From Mytilus californianus (lineage: Eukaryota): 64,000 nucleotides of DNA. Below, in pieces: positions 61,684 through 64,000 of this stretch. The first letter of the stretch is position 1, and every line of letters starts with the position of its first letter. The stretch covers positions 89,528,001 to 89,592,000 of the forward strand of contig NW_026262679.1 in the NCBI RefSeq assembly GCF_021869535.1. The letters run 5' to 3'. The notes below the pieces were generated by a model. The model saw nothing but the letters and a program-made list of their open reading frames with translations, did no database searches and was not told the origin of the DNA. A program made the translations under genes and the position numbers.

Positions 61684-63099
61684 GTATGTAAACACTTGAT
61701 TTAAAATTTGAGTATAAAAAGCTTGAAATATATTCTACTTGCATAGAACATTGTTTGTTTACAATAGAAAATGAGGTTGCAATTTTTGCAGAGAAATATG
61801 AATAGTATGCAACAGGTTAAGAATGATCAACTTTCAAAGTTAGTGCATAACCTGTAATGATCCTGCTTAATAACCCCTGTACCTAAATACTTCACAATAT
61901 TTCATGATTTGAAAATTATTATAATTTCGTATGTATGTATATCAAAATCTACATGACAAAGGTCAATATACATTTCAAAGATTGAAAAATGAGATGCTTG
62001 CATCAGATAACAACAGAAGGATCTTTAAATATCCATCTTACCAAGAAAAAACTTAACTTTCAGTCTTTAGGTCATAGACTTGAAAACATAAAACCATTTT
62101 AATGGTGGTTTAATTTGGGGTTTTCATATTCATTCTATTTTTGTGTACTATTAGATGGGGAGTATTGATGTTCATTTGATGGGTAGAATTACTGGCAGAC
62201 TGTTGGATAAGAATGTAGACTTGACACTTGGTGAAGATGATCATCAAGGCCATGTCCCAAATACAAGCATATAAAATGAATAGAAATGTACTAGAAGTAA
62301 CACAATAGAAGTCATTTAAAGGGGATCATTTGAAGGTAAAACATAATTGGCGGGTCATCAAAAAAAATATTAATAATAAAAAAGGTGCCATGTTAATAAA
62401 AAAATATAATATCTAATTCCGAAAATATCATCCATTTAATTGTTTAAAAAAAGTTTTGTTTGTAAAAATGTTAGAACTGTTGACCCTTCAGGTCCATGCT
62501 TCAAATAAATTTATTTATCATTTAATTCCATTTATGACAGAGTTGCAAGTTTAATTTTCATGCTCTGAATATTTTCTATACATCACTTATATAATCCTCT
62601 TGGATAGAATGGACACGTTCTAAAGTGGTCATTTAAATTATTTAATATCTGTTGATATAACTGCTGAACTGAAGAAGGTCCTTTCTTGTCAGTACACAAA
62701 TGTGAGGGCTTTTATTCAATATATCAATTTTACTACTGAATGTGTATTTACAAATACTTAGATCTATGTGTTTTACGCTACTGTAAACTAAATTTTAGAC
62801 ATAATTTTGTCTTTTTATTGTGCTTAGGATAAAAACAGTCTTGGAGACTTTGTAAAAAGTTCCTATACATTTGTAGCATACACTAAAATATGTAGTATAC
62901 ACATTTGTAGCTAGCACACAATAATGTACAATGTATTTATTCACAACTAATCATTATACATTTTTTTCAATGTATGATAATGAATATTTTATCTTTTTCT
63001 GTCATATTCGATGGTAAGAAATGAAGCATAACACTAGAAAGCATAACAATAGATGGCCCATGGCAATGAAAATAAGGATTTAAAATGAACTTGTGACCA

Positions 63100-63195
63100 G
63101 TGACCTATAGTTGTTGACCTTCGAGTTCTATGTCATTTGGTCTCTGGTGAGAGTTGTCTCATTGGCAGTCATAAAACATCTTTTTATTTTTATAT
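63100..63195 (+). mobile_element. SINE-like repeat 3' tail fragment
   Basis: gtgacctatagttgtt...gagagttgtctcattggcagtcata-aacatcttttt; similar tails occur at ~45120, ~56875 and ~59215 on the minus strand. Confidence 0.6.
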
Positions 63196-64000
63196 TGTTA
63201 TAAATGTCTTCTTCTGTACAAGTGTACATTGTAGATAGGTTGTAACACTGTAGGGACCTGGGTATTAATGTAATTGATATATTTGCTAACAAACGACATG
63301 AATGAACAAAAAGGAAAACACGCTGTGGGATACAAATTATGGGTAAATGATACAATCAAAATTTGAGATATATACTACTAGGGGTGTTTTAACAACCTTG
63401 ACCCACTCCAAAGCCATCCATGCTTAATCAGAACAAAAGATATAAAGACAGTGTAAGAACATTAATCTTTTGGTCTGAAGTTGACCTTTCTAAAAATAAT
63501 CATCACACCAAAGGCACTTTTTCGTTATTACAAATGTATTCATCTGTGAATTGATGATCATTGATAATTTTGTAAGTAAAGGTACAATTATTACGCTAAA
63601 AACGTGTTGTCCATTAAATTACTCTTGGTCCAGTTTCCTATGCCTAAAGTTTTTCTGGTTTAGATAATTGTAGGGCTAGGAATCATTCTAATTTATAGGC
63701 TGAATAGACTCAATGGTCAGTTATCTGATTAGAAAATATGATGGCCTGAATAATGCAATGCATATTAAATACTTAGTATTAAATAGACAGAAAAGAATGT
63801 TCTAATTTATGGACAAGTGTACCCCATCTTATAAGCATGGTTAACTAGAATTTAATATCTAACCTTTTAGGTATATAAATCTAATTTTAATTACCATATT
63901 TAGAGAAATTTACACTTAAATGAGAAGATTGATATACATGATAATATTTAAAGTAAAAGAAGTTAGGAGTATCATATAAAAAAATACCATCTGGTATTGA

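Noticed and set aside
62155-62274. Candidate phase-0 terminal exon MGSIDVHLMGRITGRLLDK... following the 61521-61683 exon
   Set aside because: Weak acceptor, short, no recognisable homology; may be a repeat remnant.

Overview
Strongly AT-rich, intron- and repeat-rich animal genomic DNA with one 270-N gap (5328-5597). It is very probably a bivalve of the genus Mytilus, inferred from the ~355-bp hammerhead retrozyme and the mollusc-type SINE, Helentron-HINE and Penelope repeats. Supported genes: (1) an intronless divergent class-A 7TM receptor (2197-3315, +) and a frameshifted tandem paralog (~8949-10050); (2) a three-exon secreted GH128 beta-1,3-glucanase (16829-13394, -, 260 aa); (3) a five-exon CIAO2A/FAM96A gene (21784-37085, +, 188 aa); (4) an uncharacterised 260-aa single-exon ORF (59513-60295, +), downstream of a housekeeping-type promoter at ~50.2 kb and possibly nested in another gene. 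The most striking non-coding feature is a near-perfect 2.9 x 355-bp tandem array (6521-7556) carrying three intact minus-strand type I hammerhead ribozymes, i.e. a non-LTR retrozyme. Nearby are a decayed retrozyme monomer, a Penelope-type minimal hammerhead and a Penelope RT 3' fragment. The rest contains Helentron-type elements with internal satellites, hAT-like elements with 5-bp TSDs, MITEs, tRNA-SINEs, a CR1/L2-like 3' end and long palindromic elements. Exon junctions and ribozyme folds were read by eye; family assignments come from motif recognition, not database searches.
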